A DNA stretch of 64,000 bases from Octopus vulgaris (GCA_951406725.2 OX597814.1:18414001-18478000); one strand, 5' to 3'. Counted from the stretch's first letter, positions 17,891 to 31,429 are shown. The notes: generated by a model not told the origin, from the letters alone. Numbers and translations are program-made.

Positions 17891-18335
17891 GTTTTTAGTA
17901 TTATGTTATTATCATTATCATCATAACCATTTTACTGTCATTATCGGTATTATATTTTGTATGCTATATGCACAACGCTTCGTTTCTTTTTTTTACTTTT
18001 TTTTACTTTTTTTTACTTTTTTTTATGAGTGCCGATGTGCACTAATAAATCGGCTTATCAAACAAAAAATATAGACATGGAGCAATAACTACATAACTGA
18101 TGTGTTTGTCTTTATATGTATTTGGGACAGAGAGAATAAGAAAATTAACGAGAAAGAGAGAGAGAGACATACAGAGCGAGAGAGAAAGAGCGAGTAAGAG
18201 AGAGAGAGTGAGAGTAAGAGAGAAAGTGTGCATTATCTAGATGAATAGATTGATAGAGTGATAGGTAGTAGATAACTATTTAGAATAACGCAGTAAGGGA
18301 GATCATTTATGTATAACCAAGTATACTAAATATGG

Positions 18336-18386
<51 letters not shown>

Positions 18387-18927
18387 AGTGTGTGGGTGTA
18401 TATATATATATATATACATGTATATATAGACACATACATTCATACATACATACACACAAAAAATATAGACATGGAGCAATATCTACATACATTCATACAT
18501 ACATACATGCACACATACATACATATATATACATACATGCATGCATACAGACTGTTAGACATACATGCATCTATCCATCCTTAACGAATGATGTTATGTT
18601 TAGTGTTTCATGTTATGAGTTATAAACTTCCTATGATCTCTTAAAGTTCTAGTGATAAAAAGTACCAGCATTGCCATTTATGTAGTTGCTACAAATTATG
18701 AGTGTGTATGTGTGCATATAGATATATATGTATATATATATGTATAAACACACGCACACAGATATAGATGTATATGTGTATTTGTGTGTTCATATATATA
18801 TATATATATATATACATGTATACGTATATATATATATGTATATGTATATGTATATATATAAATGTATATATATGTGTATATATATACATATATATATATA
18901 TACATATAATATAAATATATATATATG

Positions 18928-18972
<45 letters not shown>

Positions 18973-19025
18973 TAAATATTTGTTGCGCAAGATTTTTTAT
19001 GTGAAGTCGTGTGTTGAAACAGATA

Positions 19026-19625
19026 TTGTTATATTTCGGAATGGTCATATTGCCAGTTTAGCCAATAAAAACACACGCACTATATATTTGGTGTTATTTT
19101 GCTTCAGTGATATTTATTTTTTACATTAATCTTAATCTTATTTCGGCCAAAGTTCTTTCGTCACACTCCTGTGACCGCATCAGTGGTCCTTTGTTTTCTT
19201 CTCACTTACTTGTGTCTCTCCTTACTAACCGTCAGCCATTTTGTATTTCTATTGTATGTCTTCATTTGCGCATGCTTATATCTCTATGTGCGTCTATGTT
19301 TATTTAGTGTGTGGGGGGATGTCTGTAATATTTGCTCCATTCTAGAATGGAGCAATAGCGCACACCACAACATATGACAATAGTGGATCCTGCAAACATA
19401 ATAAATACACAGGTAATTAAAGAAATAGAAATGAATATCTATGTGTATGTATATGTGTATATATATGTATATGTATATGTGTATATATGTGTGTATATAT
19501 GTATATATATATATGTATATGTATGTGTATGTATATATATATATATATGTATATGTATATTCTTTTTTTTTTTTTTTTTTTTCTCGATTAGATTTATTAT
19601 TATTATTACTAATATTGTTGTTATA
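19026..19625. repeat. Segment present in inverted orientation at 19752-20058 (part A) and 22980-23585 (parts B+A)
   Basis: Reverse-complement identity. The 66-aa [14 protein letters not shown]... appears at 19107(+), 19777(-) and 23303(-). Confidence 0.9.
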
Positions 19626-20053
19626 CATACATACAAGCATATGTAATGATAATAATGGGTGGATGTAAACACATGAACAAAATTAGAACAAAAGCAACAA
19701 CAACAAAAACAAAATACAAATTACAAGAATGTATATAACCAGAAGATACAGATATTACAGACATCCCCCCCACACACTAAATAAACATAGACGCACATAG
19801 AGATATAAGCATGCGCAAATGAAGACATACAATAGAAATACAAAATGGCTGACGGTTAGTAAGGAGAGACACAAGTAAGTGAGAAGAAAACAAAGGACCA
19901 CTGATGCGGTCACAGGAGTGTGACGAAAGAACTTTGGCCGAAATAAGATTAAGATTAATGTAAAAAATAAATATCACTGAAGCAAAATAACACCAAATAT
20001 ATAGTGCGTGTGTTTTTATTGGCTAAACTGGCAATATGACCATTCCGAAATAT

Positions 20054-20117
<64 letters not shown>

Positions 20118-21455
20118 TTGTGTGTTTGTGTTTGTGTGTGTGTTGTTTTGTGGTGGGGCGGAGATGCTGAATTCCCGGTTCGAAAATATAAGGACACAGA
20201 TAATGTGCCGTTTATCTTGCTACAAACGATGTTTCTTGTGGCTAATGAACAGTAATAACGTCATTTACAGGACGGCCATATTATGCTGGCAATTAAATTT
20301 TTCTTGATATATACGTACAAAAGATGGATAAAGAATATCTTGGCAGGAATTCGTTTATGTCAGACGCTTTGTATACATATGTGAATGATTAGGTGGAGAT
20401 GGGTCTTTACAGCTGTTTCAAAAATTCAGCCTGGTTGTAGGTAAATATACACTACACAGAATATCACACTGTAACTAGGTAATGATCCTGCACGGACGAT
20501 AATCAATACTGTTAGCAAGTCGCATGTAGAATGGTATTTTAATATCTTCAAACTGGAAATCTCGCTAGAATGGGAGACAAAAGAGTTTGAAGTAGTAGAT
20601 GGCCATATATTCAATAAAATATGCAAGCAAATAAAAAGATAGAAGAATAGGAAACGATTACGAAAGGAGAAATGAATACGGAGAAATGTGTGAGAAACTC
20701 ATAATGAAAACTTTGTCACTGAAACGAGAGTAAGTTGGTAAGGGCCAGGGCATAGATGCCGAAAGAGAAAGAATTTAAAATATTATGAAATCTCACCACA
20801 TAATAGCTTACTGTATAATTTTACAAGAGATCTGACGAAAATGCTCAAGAAGATTAAATTTCCTAAGCATATGAATGTCTTCCTCAAGGATTTATCCACG
20901 ATTATCTCCGGCATTATAAGATCACTAAACATCCATGTATTCTCTAACAAAACTAATAACTTCTACGCTCTCTTTGTGGATAACTATAACGACTTTATCA
21001 TCGAGGAACTCAATAGAAATTACAAACTGACGGATGACGCTGTCTTAATGAGGATTAATGATCAAAACTGTGACCTCGTAATGGACCTTGTGAAGGATAG
21101 ACTCTTACATGCATATATCTCCGTACTTCAACAGAAATAATCACAATGCTGATCTTTCTGAATACTCATTTTATAAGACTTACTAGTCTTAACAGATCTG
21201 ACCGTGGAATTATTTATAAGATTATCTTAGATATGATTATTCAAATAGTCGAAGATAACTAAAGCTTAATCTTTAAAGCCAAACAGGAGAGTTAATCACT
21301 TGTTTCTACCTATGATTTGGCCTAAATATTTACTGTTCTTGTTTTCCTTACTCAGTTTAAGTTGTTATATGTGCTACAAAAAATTAACATCACTGAGTTG
21401 CAATTTTGTGAATATGCGAAAGTTAGGAAATACACCCTTCAATATTACATAATAG

Positions 21456-22500
21456 CAGTGGCGGATCTACAATATTGGGGCTCTGAAGCTTAGAATTTTA
21501 TGGTGGCCCATTTTACAGCCAGCAATAGTAGGGTAACATCCAAGAAGGGTCAAAGATCTTTTTATGACTTTGCAAAGAACTCCAGTTACAGGCCCTGATA
21601 GACCAAATGGTGGATTAATGATGTGGAGTCCATAAAAATGAGTCTGAAAGTAAGCCCTCTATCCACCAGAAACGAGGTGTGAGTAATCACTGATATTTTT
21701 GTCGATGTGGTGGTTGTTTCGTGGCAGATCACTACAGATATTCTCTAGGCTATACCTTATACTTTTACGTATGAGGTTTGAAAATTAGGGAAGTGTTATA
21801 TACATGCATGTTGCTTCATTAAAATACATATGAAAATTACAAAATACTCTTTTTCCTGTTTTTGTAGTAACAGTTTTGTTATATGACAGCTCTTTGCATT
21901 GTCATCTTCTAGAGACTATGCTAAGGAATTTAAGTTTCTCTTCAGTCTTTCACATGTTTTCCCATGATTTCTATGAATTCTTCATACACAGATTTGGATT
22001 GGTAAGTAATGTTTACTTTTTCGTTTTTACATTTCTCTAAATGTTCATGTAAAAATGGGACGAACTCCGCAATAAGCTCAATGGCTCCCACGAAATTTCC
22101 ATTGTTTGTAGAGCCCCAATTTTCCTCATGGCCTCTAAATGCTAAACGTCTTTTACTTAAAAACTTTAAAACTGCTACTACTCTCTTTAGTACTTCAAAA
22201 TAGTACTGCATGTTTTTTTTTCTCTACTCTTCCTCAAGTTGCTGATCTACTGTATTTTTATTTGACTTTCGTGTTAGCCAGCTCAACATCGCCATTATGT
22301 TCCATGCTGTCTTCATGATTTTCTAGAGTTCTGAGTATATCCATCCAATCTGAAAACTTACCTGTTGTAAGTGATATTTGGCATTTAGAAACGTGTTTGC
22401 TCTTTGAGTAAACTAACCAGTATCTCATCACAGTCTAACAATTTTTTCAATCTTTTTTCAAAGTACTAGTTTGGGAAACTTCAATTTTGCTGTTTTTAAC
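21456..22500 (-). pseudogene. hAT transposase relic (TTF zinc finger + DUF4371, ZMYM1-like), copy 1
   Basis: VLKRVVAVLKFLSKRRLAFRGHEENWGSTNNGNFVGAIELIAEF..L.EHL...Y.S...EEFIEIMG is typical DUF4371. Upstream reads RYWLVYSKS...GKFSDW...LENHE.S.EH. hAT-like terminus CAGTGGCGGATCTA at 21456. Confidence 0.8.
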
Positions 22501-22544
22501 TCTTGTTGGATTCACTATATACACTATCTGTTTGTTTTTACTCG

Positions 22545-22748
22545 TTACTCTTTCTCTTTTACTCTTTTACTTGTTTCAGTCATTTGACTGCGGCCATGCT
22601 GGAGCACCGCCTTTAGTCGATCAAATCGACCCCGGGACTTATTCTTTGTAAGCCCAGTACTTATTCTATTGGTCTCTTTTGCCGAACCGCTAAGTGACCG
22701 GGACGTAAACACACCAGCAATGCTAGGGGGACAAACACAGACACACAA

Positions 22749-22803
<55 letters not shown>

Positions 22804-22969
22804 TACGACGGGCTTCTTTCAGTTTCCGTCTACCAAATCCACTCACAAGGCATTGGTCGGCCCGGGGCTATAGCAGAAGACACTTGCCCAAGATGCCACG
22901 CAGTGGGACTGAATCCGCAACCATGTGGTTGGTTAGCAAGCTACTTACCACACAGCCACTCCTGCGCCT
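22545..22969 (-). mobile_element. SINE family A, full-length
   Basis: Box A/B head, CORE-like segment, internal (TA)n(TG)n, and tail GGCGGTGCTCCAGCATGGCCGCAGTCAAATGACTGAAAC + (AAGAGTA)n. Confidence 0.9.
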
Positions 22970-23276
22970 ATACACTATTTGTATAACAACAATATTAGTA
23001 ATAATAATAATAAATCTAATCGAGAAAAAAAAAAAAAAAAAAAAAGAATATACATATACATATATATATATATATACATACACATACATATACATATATA
23101 TATATACATATATACACACATATATACACATATACATATACATATATATACACATATACATACACATAGATATTCATTTCTATTTCTTTAATTACCTGTG
23201 TATTTATTATGTTTGCAGGATCCACTATTGTCATATGTTGTGGTGTGCGCTATTGCTCCATTCTAGAATGGAGCAA

Positions 23277-23579
23277 ATATTACAGACATCCCCCCCCACA
23301 CACTAAATAAACATAGACGCACATAGAGATATAAGCATGCGCAAATGAAGACATACAATAGAAATACAAAATGGCTGACGGTTAGTAAGGAGAGACACAA
23401 GTAAGTGAGAAGAAAACAAAGGACCACTGATGCGGTCACAGGAGTGTGACGAAAGAACTTTGGCCGAAATAAGATTAAGATTAATGTAAAAAATAAATAT
23501 CACTGAAGCAAAATAACACCAAATATATAGTGCGTGTGTTTTTATTGGCTAAACTGGCAATATGACCATTCCGAAATAT

Positions 23580-23645
<66 letters not shown>

Positions 23646-26274
23646 TTGTGTGTTTGTGTTTGTGTGTGTGTTGTTTTGTGGTGGGGCGGAGATGCTGAAT
23701 TCCCGGTTCGAAAATATAAGGACACAGATAATGTGCCGTTTATCTTGCTACAAACGATGTTTCTTGTGGCTAATGAACAGTAATAACGTCATTTACAGGA
23801 CGGCCATATTATGCTGGCAATTAAATTTTTCTTGATATATACGTACAAAAGATGGATAAAGAATATCTTGGCAGGAATTCGTTTATGTCAGACGCTTTGT
23901 ATACATATGTGAATGATTAGGTGGAGATGGGTCTTTACAGCTGTTTCAAAAATTCAGCCTGGTTGTAGGTAAATATACACTACACAGAATATCACACTGT
24001 AACTAGGTAATGATCCTGCACGGACGATAATCAATACTGTTAGCAAGTCGCATGTAGAATGGTATTTTAATATCTTCAAACTGGAAATCTCGCTAGAATG
24101 GGAGACAAAAGAGTTTGAAGTAGTAGATGGCCATATATTCAATAAAATATGCAAGCAAATAAAAAGATAGAAGAATAGGAAACGATTACGAAAGGAGAAA
24201 TGAATACGGAGAAATGTGTGAGAAACTCATAATGAAAACTTTGTCACTGAAACGAGAGTAAGTTGGTAAGGGCCAGGGCATAGATGCCGAAAGAGAAAGA
24301 ATTTAAAATATTATGAAATCTCACCACATAATAGCTTACTGTATAATTTTACAAGAGATCTGACGAAAATGCTCAAGAAGATTAAATTTCCTAAGCATAT
24401 GAATGTCTTCCTCAAGGATTTATCCACGATTATCTCCGGCATTATAAGATCACTAAACATCCATGTATTCTCTAACAAAACTAATAACTTCTACGCTCTC
24501 TTTGTGGATAACTATAACGACTTTATCATCGAGGAACTCAATAGAAATTACAAACTGACGGATGACGCTGTCTTAATGAGGATTAATGATCAAAACTGTG
24601 ACCTCGTAATGGACCTTGTGAAGGATAGACTCTTACATGCATATATCTCCGTACTTCAACAGAAATAATCACAATGCTGATCTTTCTGAATACTCATTTT
24701 ATAAGACTTACTAGTCTTAACAGATCTGACCGTGGAATTATTTATAAGATTATCTTAGATATGATTATTCAAATAGTCGAAGATAACTAAAGCTTAATCT
24801 TTAAAGCCAAACAGGAGAGTTAATCACTTGTTTCTACCTATGATTTGGCCTAAATATTTACTGTTCTTGTTTTCCTTACTCAGTTTAAGTTGTTATATGT
24901 GCTACAAAAAATTAACATCACTGAGTTGCAATTTTGTGAATATGCGAAAGTTAGGAAATACACCCTTCAATATTACATAATAGCAGTGGCGGATCTACAA
25001 TATTGGGGCTCTGAAGCTTAGAATTTTATGGTGGCCCATTTTACAGCCAGCAATAGTAGGGTAACATCCAAGAAGGGTCAAAGATCTTTTTATGACTTTG
25101 CAAAGAACTCCAGTTACAGGCCCTGATAGACCAAATGGTGGATTAATGATGTGGAGTCCATAAAAATGAGTCTGAAAGTAAGCCCTCTATCCACCAGAAA
25201 CGAGGTGTGAGTAATCACTGATATTTTTGTCGATGTGGTGGTTGTTTCGTGGCAGATCACTACAGATATTCTCTAGGCTATACCTTATACTTTTACGTAT
25301 GAGGTTTGAAAATTAGGGAAGTGTTATATACATGCATGTTGCTTCATTAAAATACATATGAAAATTACAAAATACTCTTTTTCCTGTTTTTGTAGTAACA
25401 GTTTTGTTATATGACAGCTCTTTGCATTGTCATCTTCTAGAGACTATGCTAAGGAATTTAAGTTTCTCTTCAGTCTTTCACATGTTTTCCCATGATTTCT
25501 ATGAATTCTTCATACACAGATTTGGATTGGTAAGTAATGTTTACTTTTTCGTTTTTACATTTCTCTAAATGTTCATGTAAAAATGGGACGAACTCCGCAA
25601 TAAGCTCAATGGCTCCCACGAAATTTCCATTGTTTGTAGAGCCCCAATTTTCCTCATGGCCTCTAAATGCTAAACGTCTTTTACTTAAAAACTTTAAAAC
25701 TGCTACTACTCTCTTTAGTACTTCAAAATAGTACTGCATGTTTTTTTCTCTACTCTTCCTCAAGTTGCTGATCTACTGTATTTTTATTTGACTTTCGTGT
25801 TAGCCAGCTCAACATCGCCATTATGTTCCATGCTGTCTTCATGATTTTCTAGAGTTCTGAGTATATCCATCCAATCTGAAAACTTACCTGTTGTAAGTGA
25901 TATTTGGCATTTAGAAACGTGTTTGCTCTTTGAGTAAACTAACCAGTATCTCATCACAGTCTAACAATTTTTTCAATCTTTTTTCAAAGTACTAGTTTGG
26001 GAAACTTCAATTTTGCTGTTTTTAACTCTTGTTGGATTCACTATATACACTATCTGTTTGTTTTTACTCGTTACTCTTTCTCTTTTACTCTTTTACTTGT
26101 TTCAGTCATTTGACTGCGGCCATGCTGGAGCACCGCCTTTAGTCGATCAAATCGACCCCGGGACTTATTCTTTGTAAGCCCAGTACTTATTCTATTGGTC
26201 TCTTTTGCCGAACCGCTAAGTGACCGGGACGTAAACACACCAGCAATGCTAGGGGGACAAACACAGACACACAA

Positions 26275-26331
<57 letters not shown>

Positions 26332-26510
26332 TACGACGGGCTTCTTTCAGTTTCCGTCTACCAAATCCACTCACAAGGCATTGGTCGGCCCGGGGCTATA
26401 GCAGAAGACACTTGCCCAAGATGCCACGCAGTGGGACTGAATCCGCAACCATGTGGTTGGTTAGCAAGCTACTTACCACACAGCCACTCCTGCGCCTATA
26501 CACTATTTGT
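23277..26510 (+). repeat. Tandem segmental duplication, copy 2
   Basis: Identical ORFs, e.g. 20841/24369, 20426/23954 and 22009/25537. Confidence 0.95.
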
Positions 26511-26835
26511 TTGTTTTTGTTGTATTTTTTTGTTTTTTTTTAATCTGATGTTTTGCATTACACAGTTTTGTATGAAATCATTATCAATTGTTACAGGCTA
26601 GTTTACCAGGTTACTGTATTCTTTGAAATTACTAAATTTGCGTCCTTTTTTCCTGTCCCTGCTCTCGCTTTTCTGTAATTTCTTGATCCCTGTGATCATC
26701 ATCTGCACCTAAAGTGTCAACAGTAGGTTGATCATTGCTAAAGAGAGCACTCATTGTTTGTGCACTATCAGTGACTTCACTGCTGCTTGCAGGGCTTGCT
26801 ACAGTTCCAGGTGATAACAAACTTTTGCTTGACAT
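24984..26835 (-). pseudogene. hAT transposase relic, copy 2, interrupted by a SINE; possible N-terminal part at 26632-26835
   Basis: Same DUF4371 peptide (25470-25763) and terminus CAGTGGCGGATCTA at 24984. The N-terminal assignment is tentative. Confidence 0.7.
26070..26496 (-). mobile_element. SINE family A, full-length with about 22-bp TSD
   Basis: Flanked by TATACACTATCTGTTTGTTTTT (26044) and TATACACTATTTGTTTGTTTTT (26497). Confidence 0.9.
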
Positions 26836-27096
26836 TGTAAAATGTAGGTATGTAATATCTATGTATATTTATCTATATGTATACGTTTGCGTGATTATAC
26901 GTGTACGTATACCTACATTGACGCATATACATTTATCTGTACATACATGCACTCACGCACACATGTGCATATGTACATATGTTACATACATATGCATGAA
27001 TAGAGTGTGAATGTATGTATGTATATATACAAATATTTTTACATACATACACACACACACACATATATATACATATATGCATACACACACATACAC

Positions 27097-27157
<61 letters not shown>

Positions 27158-27449
27158 CATATATATATGATAAGTTTGGTTTTGAAGCGTTGAAATATAT
27201 TGTAGAACAATATGAGTAAAATGATAAAATTTTTCAACATGTAAATACTGAACAGTATATATACAGTGTGATACAGATCAATCAAGTATCCCAAATGTTG
27301 GGATAAGCACTGGTATTGCAAATGTATTGTGGGATATTGTTTTGTTGTAAGAGGAGAGTTCCGTCTGGTGTAATATTCTCGAGTCACAGTACCTTAGATG
27401 GTACATCATTATTCACAGTGCCTTATATAATACATTTTCGTCTAGTTAC

Positions 27450-28765
27450 TTGTAACATTCTTTGTGTGGAATGGGGGATATAGAGAAACCGTTGATGCAC
27501 AGGTTTTGGGTTTGTGGGGACTGACTTTCCTCGTCCAATAACCAAGTATGAACATTTCTTTTGGCCAAATTCCATGCCTTTATCTGCTGAAAATATTGTT
27601 ATTAATTTTAGTTATTTTATTTTTTTTAGCATAAAACTTCAGGACGTCTACAAAGGAATTATGAGTTTCATTGATATTTCTGGCAGATGAAGATCCTAGC
27701 ATGTAAACATTTGCTTTCTGCAGTAGGACCGATAATGGATTCAATGCTATAATATAAAGAAGTTCAAAAAGACTATCTCTTTGAAATATTCCCCTTTGTA
27801 ATGACTATACCATTAGAAACACTTATTCTGTTCTCAGTTGTAAAGGAAAGTATAGTTGTCTATGTCTTTGTGAGTCCCTCTATAGCAACAATTAAGGTTG
27901 TAGGTATCTTTACCACATGTAGGTACTTCAACAGTAATGAATGGGGGATAGAGTCGAGTGCCTTCTTTCAGACAAGCCATACTGTCACAAGGTTTCTGCG
28001 TTGTTTTCTTACTTTAGACAGTACAGCTTTATTTATTAAAAGTTGTTCGGTACATCCCCACATTCCATTCTTTCTACCAGCCGGTTCATAAGTCTCAATG
28101 CTGCTCGACTTACAATAGTCCTGGAGGAATTGGTTGAGGTAACTTGTGTACTGTTTGTACATAATGTTTTAGGCAAGCGATAGGCGTATAGTTTCCTGCC
28201 ACATCAGAGATTTCCTTTTAGGCAACAATATTTGTCCTTGGTGTAGAAGCCAATGTCCTTTTGAACATACATATCAATTGGTTTCTATAAAATGTCAACT
28301 TCTTGAACAGATAACCGACTATTAGGTCCCTTACATGTTCCTGCCCATTCAGCAGTATGTCTACTGCTATACAGAATGTTTCTGCATCAATTTTGTATGC
28401 TTTACTCTTAGTGTTGATATAGTATTCTCTCTCAGTTGTATTTAACCATGAATTCATTCAGGTTGAAAACTCTTTTCGTTCCAAAATTTTTTTCCAGAAT
28501 GATCTTGCGCGGGAGCTTTCTTAATGGTAAAATTTTTTCTTCCGCATCTCTCGGTATAATGCGTGTGGGTTGGAAGAAAACGTGCGATTCATACTGGCTC
28601 AAAAATTCGCTTGCGATAGCGGAGTTTCTCGCTCATCGTCCTGAGTTCATGTTTTAAAGTGATTAGCTTTCCCTCAAGAGCTTTGTGTGAAGAGTTGTTG
28701 GTGTTTTGTTCAAGTTTTGTTTTCCATCTAGGTTGTGTCCGTTTAGTAATTTCGTTACTTTTTCA
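27450..28765 (-). pseudogene. Decayed RT of a restriction-like-endonuclease non-LTR retrotransposon (R4/Dong-like)
   Basis: Peptides GNYTPIACL, GMWGCTEQLLINKAVL..VRKQRRNLVTVWL..KKALDSIPHS, KGIFQRDSL...IALNPLS.LL and SFVDVLK correspond to RT domains 2-5. Many stops and frameshifts. Confidence 0.75.
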
Positions 28766-28779
28766 AGGTAGATTTCTCC

Positions 28780-28972
28780 TTAGCGGGCGAAATGCTTAGC
28801 CGTTACGTTCTGAGTTCAAATTCCGCCGAGGTCGACTTTAGCTTTCATCCTTTCGGAGTCGATAAATTAAGTACCAGTGACGCACTGGGGTCGATATAAT
28901 CGACTTAATACGTTTGTCTGTACTTGTTTGTCCCCTCTATGTTTAACCCCTTGTGGGTTGTAAAGAAATAGG
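28780..28972 (+). mobile_element. SINE family B with Tx1-like 3' tail, followed by (TAGG)n
   Basis: GAGTTCAAATTCCGCCGAGGTCGAC..TTTCATCCTTTCGGAGTCGATAAATTAAGTACCAG ... CCCCTTGTGGGTTGTAAAGAAATAGG. Confidence 0.85.
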
Positions 28973-29992
28973 TAGGTAGGTAGGTAGGTAGGTAGGTAGG
29001 TAGGTAGGTAGGTATATGTATTTGTGTGCGCACACACGCAAATACACACGCAGTAAAATACACATGCAGACATGTATATGTTACATAGTTCAAGGGCGGG
29101 AGAAGGAAAGAGAGAGAGAGTTGATGAGAAAGGGCGAGAAAGAGAATCGAACGTGGATACGATCCAATATACAATATACGTAGTGAAGATACTGTAAGTG
29201 AAGAGAACAAAGAAGAGAAAGAAGAGCCACTGGAGTACCCAGACATTTTATAAGCAGTGTCTTTGGGTATGGAGCCTCAAATACTGTTTGCAATGAAGTA
29301 GAATTCCGAGTTTATGAAGACAGAACACCGTTAAAGTGAGGAGGGGATATGAATGACGATGTAGATAGAAAGTTAGATACGCATACATTGAAATAAATAG
29401 AATGGAAGTAAAAGGAAAAATATATTTGCTGTAGCCTGACAAAGATAATTCTCAATTAATAAAATCCCATTAAATATTAATGGATTTACAAGTAAGAATG
29501 GTAATAACATCAAGAGAATAGGATGGAAGATTAGAAGCTCTGCGGGAGAGGAAGAGATTCTGAGATTTGGATGTCTTGAAAGAAATTCTATCAAACTTAC
29601 TCCAAGCAGAAATTAGATGCTACGTCCAAGTTAATAGAACTGTTGGTAATGAGTTCCTCCCTGGAAATCTCACTAGAGGAAATACAATCATGATTCTTGG
29701 GAGGAAGGACGATTCTGTGAAAAGTGGAGGAAAGAGGACCAGAGTGAGAGAGAGAGAGAGTATGTGTGTGAGAGAGTGAATGAGAGACAGAGAGATACAT
29801 AGAGTAAACGGTAGAGTGGAGAATGAGGATGCGAATGAGAAAAGGAAGGAAATTGGGAAATAAGAAAAAGATATTCAGAGTCAAGTAAAATTAACTGTGT
29901 AATAGAGTCTGAAAATCGGAGCTAAGGCTGAGAGATAATTAATGAACAAACAAGAACAAAGGTGTGGTGGTAGCGCTAGATGTATATGTATG

Positions 29993-30100
<108 letters not shown>

Positions 30101-30113
30101 TGTATATATATAT

Positions 30114-30196
<83 letters not shown>

Positions 30197-30594
30197 CATA
30201 TGTTTACATAAATATATATGTACACATATACATGTGTATATGCATATATATATATATATTTACATATACGCCTGTGTATGTCGGTGTTGTAGGATATTGT
30301 ATTGTATTTAGATGAACCTATAGACTAAAGACTGAATTTCACAAAAGACCAAATATACGAAAATGAATAGCAGATCCGTTTTGGAGCTTAATTCAAGGAA
30401 GCAGTGGCGGAAGTCTGTATGGTGTGGAGATATCATAAGTCTTTATGAAATTCTCAGAACCAAAATAAATAAATTAGGAGTAACTTAGAACTCTGCGCAG
30501 CAACTTCAACTCGCAACTACTAAAACTAGGAGTTTCACTCGCTTTTGAAGTTGAGCAAACTACCTCGTGTATATATATATATATATATTCTCTC

Positions 30595-30778
30595 ACTCTT
30601 TTACATGTTTCAGTCATTTGACTGTGGCCATGCTGCAACACCGCCTTTAGTCGAGCAAATCGACCCCAGGACTTGTAAGCCTAGGACTTATTCTATCGGT
30701 CTCTTTGCCGAACTGCTAAGTTATGGGGATGTAAACACACCAGTATCAGTTGTCAAGCGATGCTGGGGGGACAAACAC
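30595..30778 (-). mobile_element. SINE family A, 3' half
   Basis: Matches the 3' half of the 22545-22969 copy. Confidence 0.8.
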
Positions 30779-30969
30779 TACTCGCGATAGAGACAGGTAA
30801 CCACTATAATCTGTAGTGGCAAGCAGTCAACACGTTTTTCTGAGGCTGACCAAAGAATTTTTATTTTTAGATATAACTGGGGTACTTACGTGCACTCCTG
30901 TCTTTTGCTTCGGCTTTTTCCATGGGCGCATGTAAGTATGTAAGTATCTTATTTATATTCTCTCGTAAG

Positions 30970-31029
30970 CTCTACTGAAGACGAATAAATCTTTTATGAG
31001 ATTAATTCCGAAATTGATTCAATATAGAG
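30970..31029 (+). ncRNA. Type I hammerhead ribozyme motif
   Basis: CUCUA-CUGAAGA-C-GAAUAAAUCU...AGAUUAAUUC-C-GAAA-UUGAUUCAA-UA|UAGAG. Perfect 5-bp stem I, stem II, near-palindromic stem III; predicted cleavage after 31024. Confidence 0.7.
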
Positions 31030-31319
31030 ATAACGAAATTTAAATGTTCTAACGGTTAGTTTGCCCGATTTCAGTTCAATTTTTCTGTAGCGAGTAGATT
31101 ATATGTGGAAAATCAGCATATTGGCTTTGGAATAATTTTCTTTAGCCCTTTCTTATAAGTTGTTTATAATTTTAACCGTAAAGATATTTTAATATGCTGC
31201 CACATTTCTTGATGGAATTTTTTTCTGTAGAGAAAAAAACTTCATCCTATATTAGTAGTATACATACATATATGTATATATATATATATGTGCGTGTGTG
31301 TGTATTGATATATATATGC

Positions 31320-31345
<26 letters not shown>

Positions 31346-31351
<6 letters not shown>

Positions 31352-31394
31352 GCGGTGCCCCAGCATGGCCACAGCTTGTGAGCTGAAACTAAAT

Positions 31395-31409
<15 letters not shown>
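31346..31409 (+). mobile_element. Ultra-short 3'-terminal fragment of the CR1/L2-group LINE
   Basis: ATGGCGGTGCCCCAGCATGGCCACAGCTTGTGAGCTGAAACTAAA + poly(A), nearly identical to the 3' end of the LINE at 60.16-60.20 kb; lies inside (TA)n. Confidence 0.8.

Positions 31410-31429
<20 letters not shown>

Larger units (their letters stand above)
19752..22982 (+). repeat. Tandem segmental duplication, copy 1 (about 3.23 kb)
   Basis: Essentially identical to 23277-26510 (offset about 3526-3528). The only differences I noticed are homopolymer/microsatellite lengths. Confidence 0.95.

Noticed and set aside
29100-29700. Purine-rich, coding-like stretch, possibly a LINE ORF1 relic
   Set aside because: No diagnostic motif recognised; multiple stops.
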